A DNA stretch of 64,000 bases. Origin: Octopus vulgaris. Its lineage: Eukaryota. Of this stretch, positions 1 through 13,020 are shown one piece after another. The stretch covers positions 54,746,001 through 54,810,000 of the forward strand of contig OX597821.1 in assembly GCA_951406725.2 (NCBI GenBank). The letters run 5' to 3'. The notes under the pieces are model-generated. The model had not been told where the DNA came from and searched no databases. It worked only from the letters and a program-made list of their open reading frames with translations. How positions within the stretch are numbered: position 1 is the stretch's first letter; every line of letters begins with the position of its first letter. The position numbers and the translations under genes were made by a program.

Positions 1-36
1 ACTGCTGTTGTGTTTTGTTGCAAAAGAAGAATTGAA

Positions 37-43
<7 letters not shown>

Positions 44-89
<46 letters not shown>

Positions 90-101
90 GAGAGAGAAGA
101 G
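44..101. repeat. (GA)n microsatellite
   Basis: Direct reading of the agagag run. Confidence 0.95.
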
Positions 102-895
102 TGATTTAGGTATACTGAGAGAAAGACAGTCAGTCAGGAAAAGAAAGTAGTGAAGATGAACGTGTGTGTGTGTGTGTTTGTGTGTGTATGTATATCATAG
201 AAAGTATATTTCTAATTATCATGTGGTTTGTAAGATGATAACTTGTCAAATATAGTAAATTAAAGAACATAAGTCAGATTAGCCAAATAGCATCTGGTGC
301 TTGGAATTAATATAGATTTTGCGTTGGAACAAAATGAATTATTTATGATTACAATTTCTGATTTTCGTCTTTTTATTCTGATTCATCTAAACATACTTAA
401 CTAACATTTGTTAGCAAGTCTCTTAGTCATATTGTTAGAAATAATGCATTTCTAACAACAAAACTATAACCGTTGTCATGGCTGTCATTATTATAGCAAC
501 AACAACAGCAGTCGTAGTTGTTACCCCCAGATCAGGTTTGACTCAGTAAATCTATGAGCAAAAGTATTTTAGACATGACATACTCCACCTACTGTTACTG
601 AGTCATAGTTTAACAAGAAATAAATAATCTATTTTGTCTTTCCTTTGTTTTCAAGACAGGATGATGAGATTTGAAGGAGATTTGGCTACCTTTACTTACA
701 GTTGAAGCAACTCCAAGGAGGCCCTCATTGACACAATTGTTGCATTAGTAGACTGTTTCTTCTTGATTAAACAAAAAAGGGTTCCATCATTGTCTCAATT
801 GAAACTCCCTACATAGTTCAATAGAATCTGCCTCTTTTGCTCAGTAATTCCTTCCTTTCCTTAGCTACAAAATTAAATTTCCTCATTATTCTGGT

Positions 896-1240
896 AATCA
901 TCATCATCATCATCATTTAACGTCTGTTTTCCATCCTGGCATGGGTTCGACAGTTTTACTGGAACTGGTAAGCCAGAGAGCTGCACCAGGTTTCAGTCTG
1001 ATTTAGCATGGTTTCTACAGCTGGATGACCTTCCTAACACCAGCCACTCCAAGAGTGTAATGGGTGCCTTTTACATGCCATCAGCATGGGTGCTTTCACA
1101 TGTCACTGGTACAGGCCCCTGTTATGGAGCACCAGCATGGGCCATGACTACATTTTCACTTGGCTTGATGAGCCTTCACAAGCACAGGATATTACCAAAG
1201 GTCTCAGTCACTTGTCATCACTTCTGTGAAGCTCAGTAAT
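896..1240 (-). mobile_element. SINE family A copy (RTE-like 3' tail, (GAT)n end)
   Basis: Starts (CAT)n-ttaacgtctgttttccat...tttctacagctggatgaccttcctaac. The same motif recurs at ~7640, 9780, 20960, 32170, 40940, 41600, 43330, 48320, 51190, 51510 and 52160. Confidence 0.8.
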
Positions 1241-2827
1241 GATGTTAAATATCTACCAAAAAATAAATTATTATTTTCCACAAGTCATTGTTGCTTTGTC
1301 ACTTCAATATATCTCATCAAAAATTAGTTTCAAACATGACAGTCCTCAACCAAAGATAGATAAGTGCATAAAACCGCTTTGTGCAGTTAAATTTGTAGTG
1401 GATATATTCTGATTTCTGCAGAAAAGGATTAATTCAATAAAACTTTCTTTAATTTGGTTCTCCACCTCACAGCTATTATGGTGACACCATTAGTAGTTGG
1501 TGTGATGTAGGTTATATTAGGATTGCTTGTTTATTCATAAAGGTTAGGTTTAATGTTGTGATAGGATGTGATGTGCAATCAGTATAAAGTGTTGTAGGGG
1601 TAGTTACAGTAGTGGTTGTTGTAGTATAGGTGGTAGTGGCAGTTATTGTGGTAATGTGGTGATGGAGTTGAAATGTGTTGTAGTGATAGTGGTGGTAGAT
1701 ATAGATTCAGTTGATCTTCTAAAAGTGATAATAATAGCAGTGATAGTGCTGTTGGCAGTAGTACTAAGCAATTGTAATTACAGTGGTAGTAACTGTGGCA
1801 CACTATTAAATACATTATTGAAGAAAGTATGAAAATATCAAGAAAAAAAAATTGAAAAATAAATCATCAAAAATCCAAGTAAAAATTAAGAAATAAATGC
1901 CATATTTTTTTAATTGTTTTTATGAATAAATATTGATGCAGGATGATGGTATTTGCAGTGTGGTGTTGTGTGGTAGTCTGAGCTGGTGATGATGTGGTGG
2001 TATGGTGTATGGAGTGCTGTTATAGTATGGCAGTGTGGTGGTGGTGGTGGTGGTGGCATGATGGAGGTGTGGCATTGTATTTACTTACATTGATGTTGAA
2101 TTAGGCTCAGTGTTGGTGGAATGGCATTTATGAAGTGGGGTGGTCATGGAATACTGGTGCGGTGCTGTGCATTCACTTCAAAATGTTTCACCATCAGGAA
2201 TAAAATACACATTTTTATATGACTTAATTAGTAACAAAGACTTTATTGTTGTTTATGGCTCATACCATTTTCTGTTGGTGTTGTTCTATTTATGCTGCCT
2301 ACTGTTTCTTTACCATTTTGCTTCAGATATTGTTGTTCTTCTTGTCAGTAGTTTACAATAGAAATTTACACTAGAATCTAGTTACCTTGTTGGATTAGAA
2401 CCAAGTGACATTTTTAACAATATTTCTAAAATTTCTGTAGACTGCTTTTTTTTCTTTGTCTCATTTGTGTTTTTTCTCTTTTTTTTTTTTTTTCCTTTGT
2501 CTACTTTTGTCTTTTTTTTTTTTTTTTTCAGTTTTGTCTCTTTTGTCTATTTCTCTCCAGTTCCAGCAGAAAAAGAGAAAAGTTTTGTCAGCTAGGGAGA
2601 AAATATTTAATGTGTTAAAAAAACAATGAACATACACATGAAAGCAGGTGTATAAGTGAACACGCGCACATACGGATACACATATGGGCAAATGTGAATA
2701 CACAAAAGTGTATATGTATGCATGTATGTATGCTCATACATATATGCACACTGATTAACAAATTAAGTAACATGCATATATTCACAGACGTGTGTGTATA
2801 TGTGTGTGTGTGTATGTGTGTATGTGT

Positions 2828-2863
<36 letters not shown>

Positions 2864-3457
2864 ATTAAGTCTGTATGCAAGTATGTGTGTGTATGTGTAT
2901 ATTGACACATGCAATACTTTGACATATCAACAAATATAGATAATCTCATCATAGTCACATCCTTACAGTCACTGGCACAGACACGCACACACTCACACAC
3001 ACACACACACAAATGTATGTGTAATAATGTGTGGGTGAGTGTGTATGTATGTATATATATATATATAGACACACACATATATATATACATACATATATAT
3101 ACACACATATACATATACATATAAGTGTATTTATATATTCAGAGAGCGAGAGAGAGTGGGAGAACACTCGTGTGCATTTATACATATGTAAACATGAGTG
3201 TGCACCTGTGTGAATCAAACTAAAACGACAGGAGATCACATATCAATAATCAATCGAATCCTCTGTCAACCTTGTAAAACAATGGCTTTGCAAGATCAAT
3301 ATTGGTAAAGAAATCTGATTCATGAGGATTGGTGAGATAACAGATCGAAACAGAAACACACACATGCATACGCACGTATGAACATACACACATATACTTA
3401 CAATCTGTAAACACACACACACACACACACACACACTCTCATATACCCATACATATG

Positions 3458-3495
<38 letters not shown>

Positions 3496-3524
3496 TACAT
3501 ATATACAGGCACTGGCACGGCTGT

Positions 3525-3690
3525 GTGGAGGCACAGGCATGGCTGTGTCATAAGAAGCTTGCTTCCCAACCACATAGTTCCATGTTCAGTCGCACTGCAT
3601 TGCACCTTGGGCAAGTGTCTTCTACTATAGCTTCAGGCGAACCAAAGCCTTGTGAGTCAATTTAGTAGACAGAAACTGAAGAAGCACATT
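3525..3690 (+). mobile_element. tRNA-derived SINE family B, 5' part
   Basis: ggcatggctgtg...ccttgggcaagtgtcttctactatagc...gaaactgaagaagc matches the full copy at 34072. Confidence 0.8.
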
Positions 3691-3713
3691 GTAAATATAT
3701 ATATACATATACA

Positions 3714-4250
3714 TTGGATTGTCCGGAAAGTTCAAGCCGATTTACAGTAGCTTACCTTTTGACTTATTTTAGAACATGGTTGAGTCCATAAAATAGGATT
3801 TGGCTACACCTCCATTTAGAACAAATTTTAAGCTATCTTTTCATGGAAGAAGATTCCTATAACCTGTGTTAATTCTGTAACTCTTTAAAATGGCACTTGA
3901 TGCTTTGGGAACCAGACAAAAATTGCTGCAGCTCGGCTGGGATGTGTTAACCCACCCTCCATATTCACCAGATATTGCTCCTTTGGATTTCTACTTATTC
4001 AGGTCTCTGCAGAATAGTCTTAATGGTAAAAATTTTAATTCCCTGAATGACGTAAAAAGATACCTTGATGAATTCACTGCCATGAAACCACCTCAATTCT
4101 GGGAAGAGGATATTTTCAAGTTAAAGGAAAGATGGAAATGCATTGTGCAACAAAATGTTTCATATTTGGTTGATTAAAAATGTAATGGCAAGTATTTATT
4201 GACCTTTTTCTTTCCTCTAAAACTTGGCATGAACTTTCCGGACAACCCAA
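3714..4250 (+). mobile_element. Internally deleted mariner element (~540 bp) with TIRs
   Basis: TIRs ttggattgtccggaaagttc / gaactttccggacaacccaa, inserted in a TA tract. ORF 3890-4177 encodes HPPYSPDIAPLDFYLF, the mariner YSPDL motif with the third catalytic D. Confidence 0.9.
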
Positions 4251-4741
4251 TATATATATGTACATATATATTATTGGTGAGATAGCTTAGCTAGATTAGA
4301 CATTATTCATAGTGTCTATTTTGATGAATTCAGTAATCTGAGTTCAAATCCAGCTGTATTTGATGTATAGTTCCCAGGTCAGTTCTGATCAAATAAGCCA
4401 ACTTGTGTCAAAAGGCATTGCAGCCATTCTTTATTTTTCTGTCCATTTTCAGGAGAAAATGGACAAAATTTGGCATCGTGGTGTTCACCTGCAAAGAAAA
4501 GGTTTAGCCCTCAAAGACAATCATGCTGAGATGCTAGCTACATTAGGGATGACACTCCAGCTTTATCAACAGTACAAAAGTGGTCAGTTGAATTTAGGAG
4601 GGAAAGATGGAGCTATGAAGATGACCCAAAGACTGGACATCCTGCAACTGCCACCACCAAAGAAACATTGATTGAGTTCATCACATGGTATGGATGACAA
4701 GCAAATAATCAATATGCTGTGAGAGAGATGAGAATATTCTT

Positions 4742-4952
4742 ATTTCTTTACTACCCACAAGGGGACAAACAAGGACAGACAAATGGATTAGGTCGATTAT
4801 ATCAACCCCAGTGCATAACTGATACTTAATTTATCAACCCCAGAAGGATGAAAGGCAAAATCTACCTCGGCAGAATTTGAACTCAGAATGTAGTGGCAGA
4901 CAAAATACCGCTTAGCTGTTTGCCCGGCGTGCTCATGTTTCTGCCAGCTCAC
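4742..4952 (-). mobile_element. tRNA-derived SINE family C nested in mariner
   Basis: Reverse strand reads gagctggcagaa...ttctgagttcaaattc (B box)...gcctttcatccttc...gataaattaagta. Confidence 0.85.
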
Positions 4953-5217
4953 TATTTTCTGCACAAGGGACTTGGTATGACTAAAGGTTTCGGCTCTGTG
5001 AGCGCTATATCTTCTGATAACTGATAAAAGTACATCAAGTTGATTACATCATTGCGAAATCTGACACTGTTTGAGGTAGATCCAGCTGTTTCATTGAATG
5101 TTTCCTAACCCAGGATGAGTATTGGGTTCATCACTTTGAGTTAGAGACAAAGAAACAATCCATGCAGTGGAAACATCCCACCTCAACTGCTCCAAAGAAG
5201 GCCAACATTGTTTCATC

Positions 5218-5562
5218 TGCAGGAGTGGCTGTGTGGTAAGTAGCTTGCTAACCAACCGCATGGTTCCGGGTTCAGTCCCACCGCGTGGCATCTTGGGCAA
5301 GTGTCTTCTGCTATAGCCCCGGGCCGACCAATGCCTTGTGAGTGGATTTGGTAGACGGAAACTGAAAGAAGCCCATCGTATATATGTATATATGTGTGTG
5401 TGTTTGTGTGTCTGTGTTTGTCCCCCTAGCATTGCTTGACAACCGATGCTGGTGTGTTTACATCCCCGTCACTTAGCGGGGTCAATTTGCTCGACTAAAG
5501 GTGGTGCTCCAGCATGGCCGCAGTCAAATGACTGAAACAAGTAAAAGAGAAAGAGAAAGAGA
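5218..5562 (+). mobile_element. SINE family B nested in mariner
   Basis: A box tggctgtgtgg, B box ggttcagtccc, tail gactgaaacaagtaaaagag. It splits the mariner SAG|KVMAS-like coding. Confidence 0.9.
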
Positions 5563-6159
5563 AGTTAATGGCCTCAATTTTTAATTGTTTTTAATAACTA
5601 TCTTCAAAAGGGCCACACCATCAATGGAGAGTACTATGCCATTGTACTGAGGCAGTTACGAAAGGATATCAAGACGAAATGCCAAAACTGGTGAAAGGGA
5701 TCTTGTTTCATCAGGACAATACTCTAACACACAACACCTTGCGTTCAATGGCTTCTGTGCATGACTATGACCTTGAATTGGTTGATCACCCTCCTCCCTA
5801 TTCTCCTAATTTGGTCCCATCTGATTATCATCTGTTCTCCAACAGGAAAAAAACATTTTACTAGTGCCTCAGTGATGATGACATCATATCAGCTGTTAAC
5901 CTTTTGACCAATACGATGAAGGCTTCTTCACCAGTGGGATCCAATCACTGCAACGCCAATGAAAGAAATGTGTGAACCACAAGGGAGACTATGCTGTAAA
6001 CTAAACCTCATTTGGTTACATTTTACAAGAGCATCTTGGTCAGCCTATGAAATTTTCAGCCGACCCTCACATATTTTTACAACCTAGAATGATTGAGTCA
6101 AAAAGTCAGTTTATAAATTTACTTTTTTCTTAGAATACATCCAAGATATTTCATCCTTC

Positions 6160-6350
6160 ACTTGTCTCAGTCACTGGACTGTGGCCATGCAAAAGCACCA
6201 TCTTGAAGAGTTTTAGTTAAACAAATTAACCCCAGTACTTTGGTTGGTTTGGAGCTATAGCAGAAGACACTTATCTAAGGTGCCACACAATGGAGCTGAA
6301 CCCAGCACCATGTGGCTGGGAAGCAAAACTTATTACCAGACAACCATGCA
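6160..6350 (-). mobile_element. SINE family B, internally deleted
   Basis: Reverse complement matches both head and tail of family B. Confidence 0.7.
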
Positions 6351-6959
6351 GATGAATGTGTTAACATTTTCATTGTTTATAGAGCAATTATAATAAATCT
6401 GACTAAACATTCATTTATTTATATATTATAATACTAAAAGATGTCTTTATGTATTATACAAAAAAGATAATGTACTCAAAATTCCTTACCCATGTTTTTT
6501 TTGTTTCATATTATCTATGAGTGCATATTTCTCATAAAAAAGCAATCATTATGTCTCTGCATTTTGAATTCAATTCGTACTGAAGTCCAATTATGTCTTT
6601 TTTTGCCTACCAAGATTGATAAAATAAAATAGTAGCAATTATATCAGCTGGAGTCAATATAATTCATTGTTCCTTTCCTCAACCAATTTCTGTCTGTATG
6701 CATGACTATAAAAAATCGTTTTGAACAATATCAGTATATATCTTATTCAGTTGTAATTACACAGATTTACACTTTTGTGTCTCTTCTCTCTGTTCCTACT
6801 ATTACAAATCACAGCAATGGCAGCAACCATCACCACCACCACCAACACCACCACCAACACTACCACCCTATTATACTGCTGTTGTCGCTATTACTATAAA
6901 CAATTGCTAACAATGAACTGGCTAGCAGAATCGCTCCATGTAAGGTCACGAAAAATACA

Positions 6960-7270
6960 TGTCCTCTGATTCCATCACTTTTACTGTACTTCACCTTTTC
7001 CTTAAAACTTTACACAAACTGCATCACCTAGTCCTTATTCCCTACAAATGTAATCTTCTGGAATTCCCAACCTAGCTACCACTCACATTTTCCCAATAGA
7101 TGTCAACCTAAAACAGTTCAAACTAAACGTTAACTACATCAATATCACCCTGGGTCTCTCAGATAAATTTTAGAACATTTGTTCACATATTCCTTTACAG
7201 CAAGGTTCCTCAGCAATGAGTTCATGGACGAGTATAGAGCTGTGGATCATTTGATACCAGGCTACATAAA
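6960..7270 (+). mobile_element. CR1/L2-like LINE 3' remnant
   Basis: Degenerate ctggaattcccaacc (WNSxP) ...ttcc..aacctaaaacagttcaaa resembles the LWNSLP..FP..L..FK C-terminus of CR1-group ORF2. Confidence 0.4.
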
Positions 7271-7520
7271 AAGAATGAATTTTTGAATTTTATTTCTATT
7301 TTATTGACTACTGAAATTTGCATTGTAGATGCAATAATGAAATTATATATCATGCCCTATTTTGTGTTTTGTTATGTGCTTGCTCCCTTGGTCTGCAAAA
7401 ACATTTTCTTGCATGAAACTGGTCTATGGTGCAAAAAAGTTTTGTGTCTGAAATCCCAGGACAGTCCCCTAGTACACTATATTCTCTACTCCACCCTCGC
7501 AAAGGCCTCAGTATCCCCAG

Positions 7521-7573
7521 TCAGACAGAGTCTAAAAATACCACAGAAACCTCCTCTTTCACGTCTTTTTCCT
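7521..7573 (-). CDS. Candidate terminal coding exon of an unidentified host gene
   Basis: Acceptor ttactttcattttgtctaaccag. Open as EKDVKEEVSVVFLDSV* (or GKRRERGGFCGIFRLCLTGDTEAFARVE* ending at 7486). Two AATAAA on the minus strand at 7289-7305. No homology recognised. Confidence 0.25.
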
Positions 7574-7639
7574 CTGGTTAGACAAAATGAAAGTAATTAA
7601 ACAAGAGTTTAAGAATTTAAATCCCATTAGCTTCAACTA

Positions 7640-7803
7640 TCACCATCATCATCATCATCATCATCGTTTAACGTCCGTTTTCCGTGCTAGCATGGGTTGG
7701 ACGGTTCGATTGGGGTCTGGGAAGCCAGGGGCTGCACCAGGCTCCAGTCTGATCTGGCAGTGTTTCTACAGCTGGATGCCCTTCCTAATGCCAACCACTC
7801 CGC
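7640..7803 (-). mobile_element. SINE family A 3' part
   Basis: (CAT)n-cgtttaacgtccgttttccgtgctagcatgggttggacgg, near-identical to the copies at 32169 and 51511. Confidence 0.9.
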
Positions 7804-8590
7804 AAATGGGTAATAAATTTCATAAGATCTTCCTGCCTTAAGATTCCTTATTGATTCAAGAGGAAAATAAAAACCCCAAAGAGCTATTAGATGTAAAACA
7901 GAATCAAGGGGCAAGGAGTAAAACAGAATCAAGAGCAGGGAGTAAATGTCATCACTGTCCTTATCATTATCATCATCATTATATCAGCAATAGCAGTGAT
8001 ATATTCTTGTTGTCATCATAATAATCTTACAAACACATGAATAACAGCAAGATGCTTCAGCCAAATACAACACTGTTAACTGATATGTACACATATACAC
8101 AACAACTACCTACCTACCTACCTGCATAGATACATACATACAAATATATGTACATATGTATATATGTATGTATCATTATACATACATAGTGCATATATAT
8201 TATACACATGCAAAAATACTTTTGAACATACAAACATACATACACACACACATACACACACACATTTACATACACAAATGCATACATGCATACATACACA
8301 TACATACATACAGACATAGTTCCCCGTTTCCTATCTTTCTATGCATGTTTCTTTGCTTTTAAGGCTCTGTCTACCTCATTGTTCCTCTGGCATATCACCC
8401 TTGGTTTGGTTGGTACTTTGTACCAGCAACAGATTTGGTTTGTAGCCCTTAGTAGATTGTCTCATGGAAGGAGAGGGGGTCTTTCAGTTCTCCTCTATGC
8501 TATATGTATCTAATTTGTCTTCCTTTTTAGCAAATGCTTCAAATAGTACTTGTATGTATGCATGCATGTATGTATGTATACATGCGTGTA

Positions 8591-8800
8591 CTCTCTTTTA
8601 CTTGTTTCAGTCATTTGACTATGGCCATGCTGGAGCACTGGCTTTAGTTGAGCAAATCAACCCCAGGACTTATTCTTTGTAAGCCTAGTACTTATTCTAT
8701 CAGTCCCTTTTGCCAAACTACTAAGTTACGGGGATGTAAACACACCAGCATCGGTTGTCAAGCGATGTTGGGTGAGGAAAAACACAGACACACAAACATA
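8591..8800 (-). mobile_element. SINE family B 3' half
   Basis: ctcttttacttgtttcagtcatttgac... is the reverse complement of the family B tail. Confidence 0.85.
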
Positions 8801-8989
8801 GAAAGCTCCCTATAACCCCTTTATTGATTTTACTACATAATATAAGTCTTGTCAATGCAGCCCAACCCTGGCCTCTTTGGTGACTGTTAGATCTCACACA
8901 CACAAACACAATTCATATCTGCTACTTGCAAGTAAATATAATAACTTGGTAATATGTACTATATTTTGACTAATTTTCTTGTAACTATT

Positions 8990-9190
8990 AGAAAGGTAAT
9001 TGTGAATGGACACAGACAATCTTTTGGCCTTCACACCTTTGAGCTGTAGAACATAGAGCTTGTGACATTTGAGGAAAGAGGGCTGCACTAGCACTTGGCT
9101 GGCACTCATTGTCAGCTGAGTAGACTGGAGTAATGTGAAATGAAGTGCCTTGCTGAAGGATACAATATGCTATTTGCCCCAAGAATCAGA
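8990..9190 (-). mobile_element. SINE family E-related fragment
   Basis: Reverse complement gcaaggcacttcatttcacattactccagtctactcagctg matches 25538-25578. Confidence 0.65.
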
Positions 9191-9739
9191 CCTCTAGGTC
9201 AAATAACTAGATACATATATACATAAGTAAGACCAAAAGTGTACATATGCTGCTAGATGTATACATAAAAAACAAAGCAAAAAATGGAACAAGAATGTAA
9301 CAGGTGACAACAAAACATCCGGACAGTTAGACGATACAAAAAAGGATAGGAAAAGCAAGGATGAGTAATTCGGAGCTTTCTATCATCAGTCGAGGTCCAG
9401 TTCGTTGTTGCAGTTTTGGCCTGTTACACTTAAGACTGCTCCAATCTGGACAACCCCAAGAAAATCTAAGCTAAGAGCACTAGATTCTTTGGAAGAAAGC
9501 AAGTGAAACAAGGAAACAAGGACAAAAAAACCCCCAAAAAACAGAGAAATAGTACACAATTACAAATACAAACTACAGGACATTAACAACAGGTGTCTTT
9601 CGACTAAGGATGAATTAAATTAAGCTGGTGTGTATGGAAGTGAAGCCTTGCAGCAGGAACATAAGAGATGAAAGACATGTATATCTATATCATTCTATCT
9701 ATCTATCTATCTATCTATCTACACACATATGTATATATG

Positions 9740-9770
<31 letters not shown>

Positions 9771-9968
9771 ATACTCATGCAAACATAGATCTCCCTGCTG
9801 CTGAAGAAAGCATTCATGGCATGCTCTGAAGTGATGATTGACTTTAGGAAGAACATAGAAACCATGCCAAAGAGGACAGTGCAGCACAATGCAGTCCTTG
9901 GTCTGGTCAGATCCTGTCAAACTGTCCAACCCATGACAGCATATAATATGGGTATTAAATGATGGTGA

Positions 9969-10004
<36 letters not shown>

Positions 10005-11699
10005 TGTATGTTTGTATGTATGTATGTATGTGTGCATACATATGTTACAAACAGAAACACATATGTAAATATTATACAAATAGGATGAAAATCCAGGCCG
10101 TGTCCACTAGAGGCACATCTACCTATTCAGTATTCCAAAATTTGTAATATTTGGGTGAGGTATGCATGTATCATTTGATTCTCTGTCTGAAGAATTCCTG
10201 TTAGATGACATCATGTTTTCTACTACATATACAATGTAATGGTGAATAAAAAATACCAAAAAAATGTTTCCATTATCCTGTTTTGATGTATGTGTGTGTA
10301 TGTGCATGCCTGCGTGAGTGTGTGTGTGTAGGTGTGTGGGTGTGTTTGTGTTTGTGTCTCCTTACCTTGACAGTCTACATTAGTTGTAAATGAGCATCAT
10401 TGTCATACAAGCAGTGTCATTTGGTTTATATCTCAGTTATGAGGAAGTATTAACTTGTTTGGAAACAGGTGAGTTTTGTCAACAAGAAAAGCTTCCAGTA
10501 GTAGAAAACCTGCTTTAATGAATTTCATTTGACCAATTTAAGCATGGAAAATAGACTAATGATAATGATGATTGATGACGACGAAGGTTACGATGGTGAC
10601 TATGACATATGCATATATAATACAATTTAATGTGATCAGCTGATGTTGTCACTGGCAACTACTGACAGCTTCTTTGCATGAAATTCCTTAAATTGTTTGC
10701 AGTACCATAAAAATGTGCATGTGTGTGTGTGTATGTGTGTGCTTAGATAGAGAGGTAGGCAGAGAGAGGGAGAGAGAGAGATAATCAATTAATTTATATG
10801 CAATAAAATCCATTCCTATACCAATACCACCTGGAGAAATAAAAGTTGAAATGAAGTCAGGTGAAAATTCAGTAAACTGACATTTTCTTCAAATTGTATA
10901 ATGTAAGTAACACAAACTTGATTTTATTGAATTTTGGTATAAATATATTATGAATTCCATTGTGAGAAGTGATGGTAAAACAATGTTGACTTGAATGAGA
11001 AAATAATTAAACAATATCAGTAAGTAAAACAAGGTACTCTATAGCAGCTAGTCCAACACTTGTCTTTCTGTGTTACTTCTCTAGTCATCATATTTAGGTT
11101 TCTGTGAAAACTAATACCAGTCCAATAGACTATTCAATCATTAATTCATTCAAGCTATTTTCCCTGAATTCATGAATTCTATTATTTCATTATTATTCTC
11201 TTTAAATTGTCATTATCCGCTTTCATTCAATAGTTTCACTAACTTTTATGTGTTTATGATTTGTTTGAGCTATGATGATTAATTGGTATTCTGGGCATGG
11301 CTTGCAACAGTTTCAATGACTGCAGCATTTTTCTCAATTCAGATACTCACTTAAATTTGCAGATGTTTGTAAAGCGTTAATGTAATGGAATCTAACATAG
11401 AACCATCAACAAGCGCAAACAAAATTCTAGTAAAAATATGGAATAGCAGCAAACAAAAGAAAATATGAACAGACAAATAAATAAAATGGTAATAAAATAA
11501 TACAACATTCTTCAACATGATAGTGATTTTTGCACACAACTCTGGAGCAGAATATGCAAATATACTTTGGCAGGTAGTTAAATGTTGTTATATATATATT
11601 TTCTTTTTGAACTAGTCACAAGCAAAACTTTGGTTGTTTTTGTTGGTCTTATTTGAATGGAGAGTACAATAGAATTTCAATACTTCTATATTACTATTA

Positions 11700-12090
11700 T
11701 TTAAGCAGCATATACTATGAAAGTGATACTGGGTTACAAATATATGAAGCTCAATATACTCATCATGACAGACTGTCTGATAAGAGTGTATCAGGTACAT
11801 GCATCATAACAATACGTGCACAACATGGTGAACTCATATCAAGACAAACAGCGGATGACCTTGCAGGTGAAGCCAAGTTAGAATTTTTTTCAGGTTGAAT
11901 AGCCCATCCTGTTCAAATGGTCCTTGAATGAAGGTTGTTTAAGGACAATGAACAAAACACCCATGTTTCCAGGGGTTCGTTATTCAAATCCCATAGAATC
12001 CCTCTCAACACATGACTGTGATGCTCCCCAACTGCTTCTGCACATGATCAGCAATGCATATACTGTCAGTGGCTAATGGACATGCTCAAG
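11700..12090 (-). mobile_element. Diverged, 5'-truncated copy of the (TAA)n-associated retroposon (family D)
   Basis: Aligns by eye to 35023-35415. Preceded by ttactattatt. Confidence 0.8.
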
Positions 12091-12512
12091 TAGTGGTGGT
12101 GGTGGTGGGGTGGAAGAATAGAAGGAGTGTTGAACAACATGCTTTGTGGTATTTTTCTCCAAATACTTTATCTTCTGGATTCGAATCCCACCAAAGTCAA
12201 CATTTCCTTTCATTTGGGGTTGATATAATAGTGTACTGGAAGTGAAAATATTGTCTATCCACTTGCTTCAAAATTGCTGGTCTAAATCAGAAACTATTAC
12301 AATTACTGATTTGTACTTGCATAGCGAGTGACTTGATCTGAGATTGTGTGCTGGAACAAAAACAATTGCAGCGTGGAAGGTGTTTATAAGCCATTTAAGA
12401 AACACACAAAAACCATTAGATTCACTTCACCATTTAAATTTAATTTGTCAAAATATTTTCGTTGCTTTGAGACCATGACCTGTTGACTGACAAAAGTGAT
12501 GTAGCATGGAAT

Positions 12513-12563
12513 TTTGTCAGTGAATAGGTCGTGGTCTCAAAGCGATGAAAATATTTTGACAAA
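12513..12563 (+). ncRNA. Putative minimal type-I hammerhead ribozyme with variant core (mirror copy on minus strand at 12444-12494)
   Basis: Stem I TTTGTCA/TGACAAA; core GTGAATA (GTCAACA in the mirror copy) plus extra G; stem II GTCGT/GCGAT; GAAA; palindromic stem III AATATT; UUU triplet. Confidence 0.5.
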
Positions 12564-12597
12564 TTAAATTTAAATGTTGAAATGAATCTAAAGGTTT

Positions 12598-13020
12598 GGA
12601 TCTCTTTGGTTTGAACGGCAGTTTTTTCTAGCGGTGTCATATGAAATTGTCACCCATAATTATGACCCTAGTATCAATCTATTGCATTTCAATCTGTTTT
12701 AGGGTTAGGGTTAGTTAGAGTTAGGGGTGGGGGGAAGGGTATCTTTTTTCTTCAGAAATGTAAATAAACCCAATCTGTTTCTTAAATGAGGGACATATTC
12801 ATATGGCACAGAATGTTTTCACCTCAATAGACGTCATTGATTGGTTGAAATTGCAGAAATTGAAGAAAAAAACAACAAATATCTTACAAACTATAGAATT
12901 TTCTCAAGAAGGCCAAGAGAAAAAGATGTTTTATAAACACATTCTACCAGTATACAAAGTTTAAACGTGTTTAGTTACGTGGAAATCATTAAAAAACTGC
13001 CGTTCAAACCGAAAAGATCC
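12598..13020. mobile_element. MITE, 30-bp TIRs starting GG, 8-bp TSD (Merlin-like)
   Basis: TIR ggatctctttggtttgaacggcagtttttt vs aaaaaactgccgttcaaaccgaaaagatcc (2 mismatches). TSD aaaggttt at 12590-12597 and 13021-13028. Confidence 0.92.

Larger units (their letters stand above)
4420..6070 (+). mobile_element. Decayed mariner transposon interrupted by two SINEs
   Basis: N-terminal MDKIWHRGV..KGL..KD.HAEM..TLG, then WKHP, GHTINGEYY and GILFHQDN...DHPPPYSPNLVPSDYHLF. The 3' end cagccgaccctc is TIR-like. Many stops and frameshifts. Confidence 0.85.

Noticed and set aside
2461-3665. Many 60-120 aa ORFs rich in YI/HT/CV (also 8.1, 43, 46.6, 52 and 59.1-59.5 kb)
   Set aside because: They are translations of (TA)n, (CA)n, (TAGA)n and (TAA)n microsatellites, not genes.
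5091-5432. Recurrent ORF MLGGQTQTHK...LPNPLTR...TEPGTM (also 34067-34300)
   Set aside because: It is the antisense reading of SINE family B; recurrence reflects the repeat.
9360-9400. CTGATGA...CGAAT on the minus strand as a hammerhead
   Set aside because: No GAAA, poor stem II and no stem I partner.
12699-12726. TTAGGG repeats (also ~19580)
   Set aside because: Only 2-4 units inside TE-like sequence; not a telomere or a substantial interstitial array.
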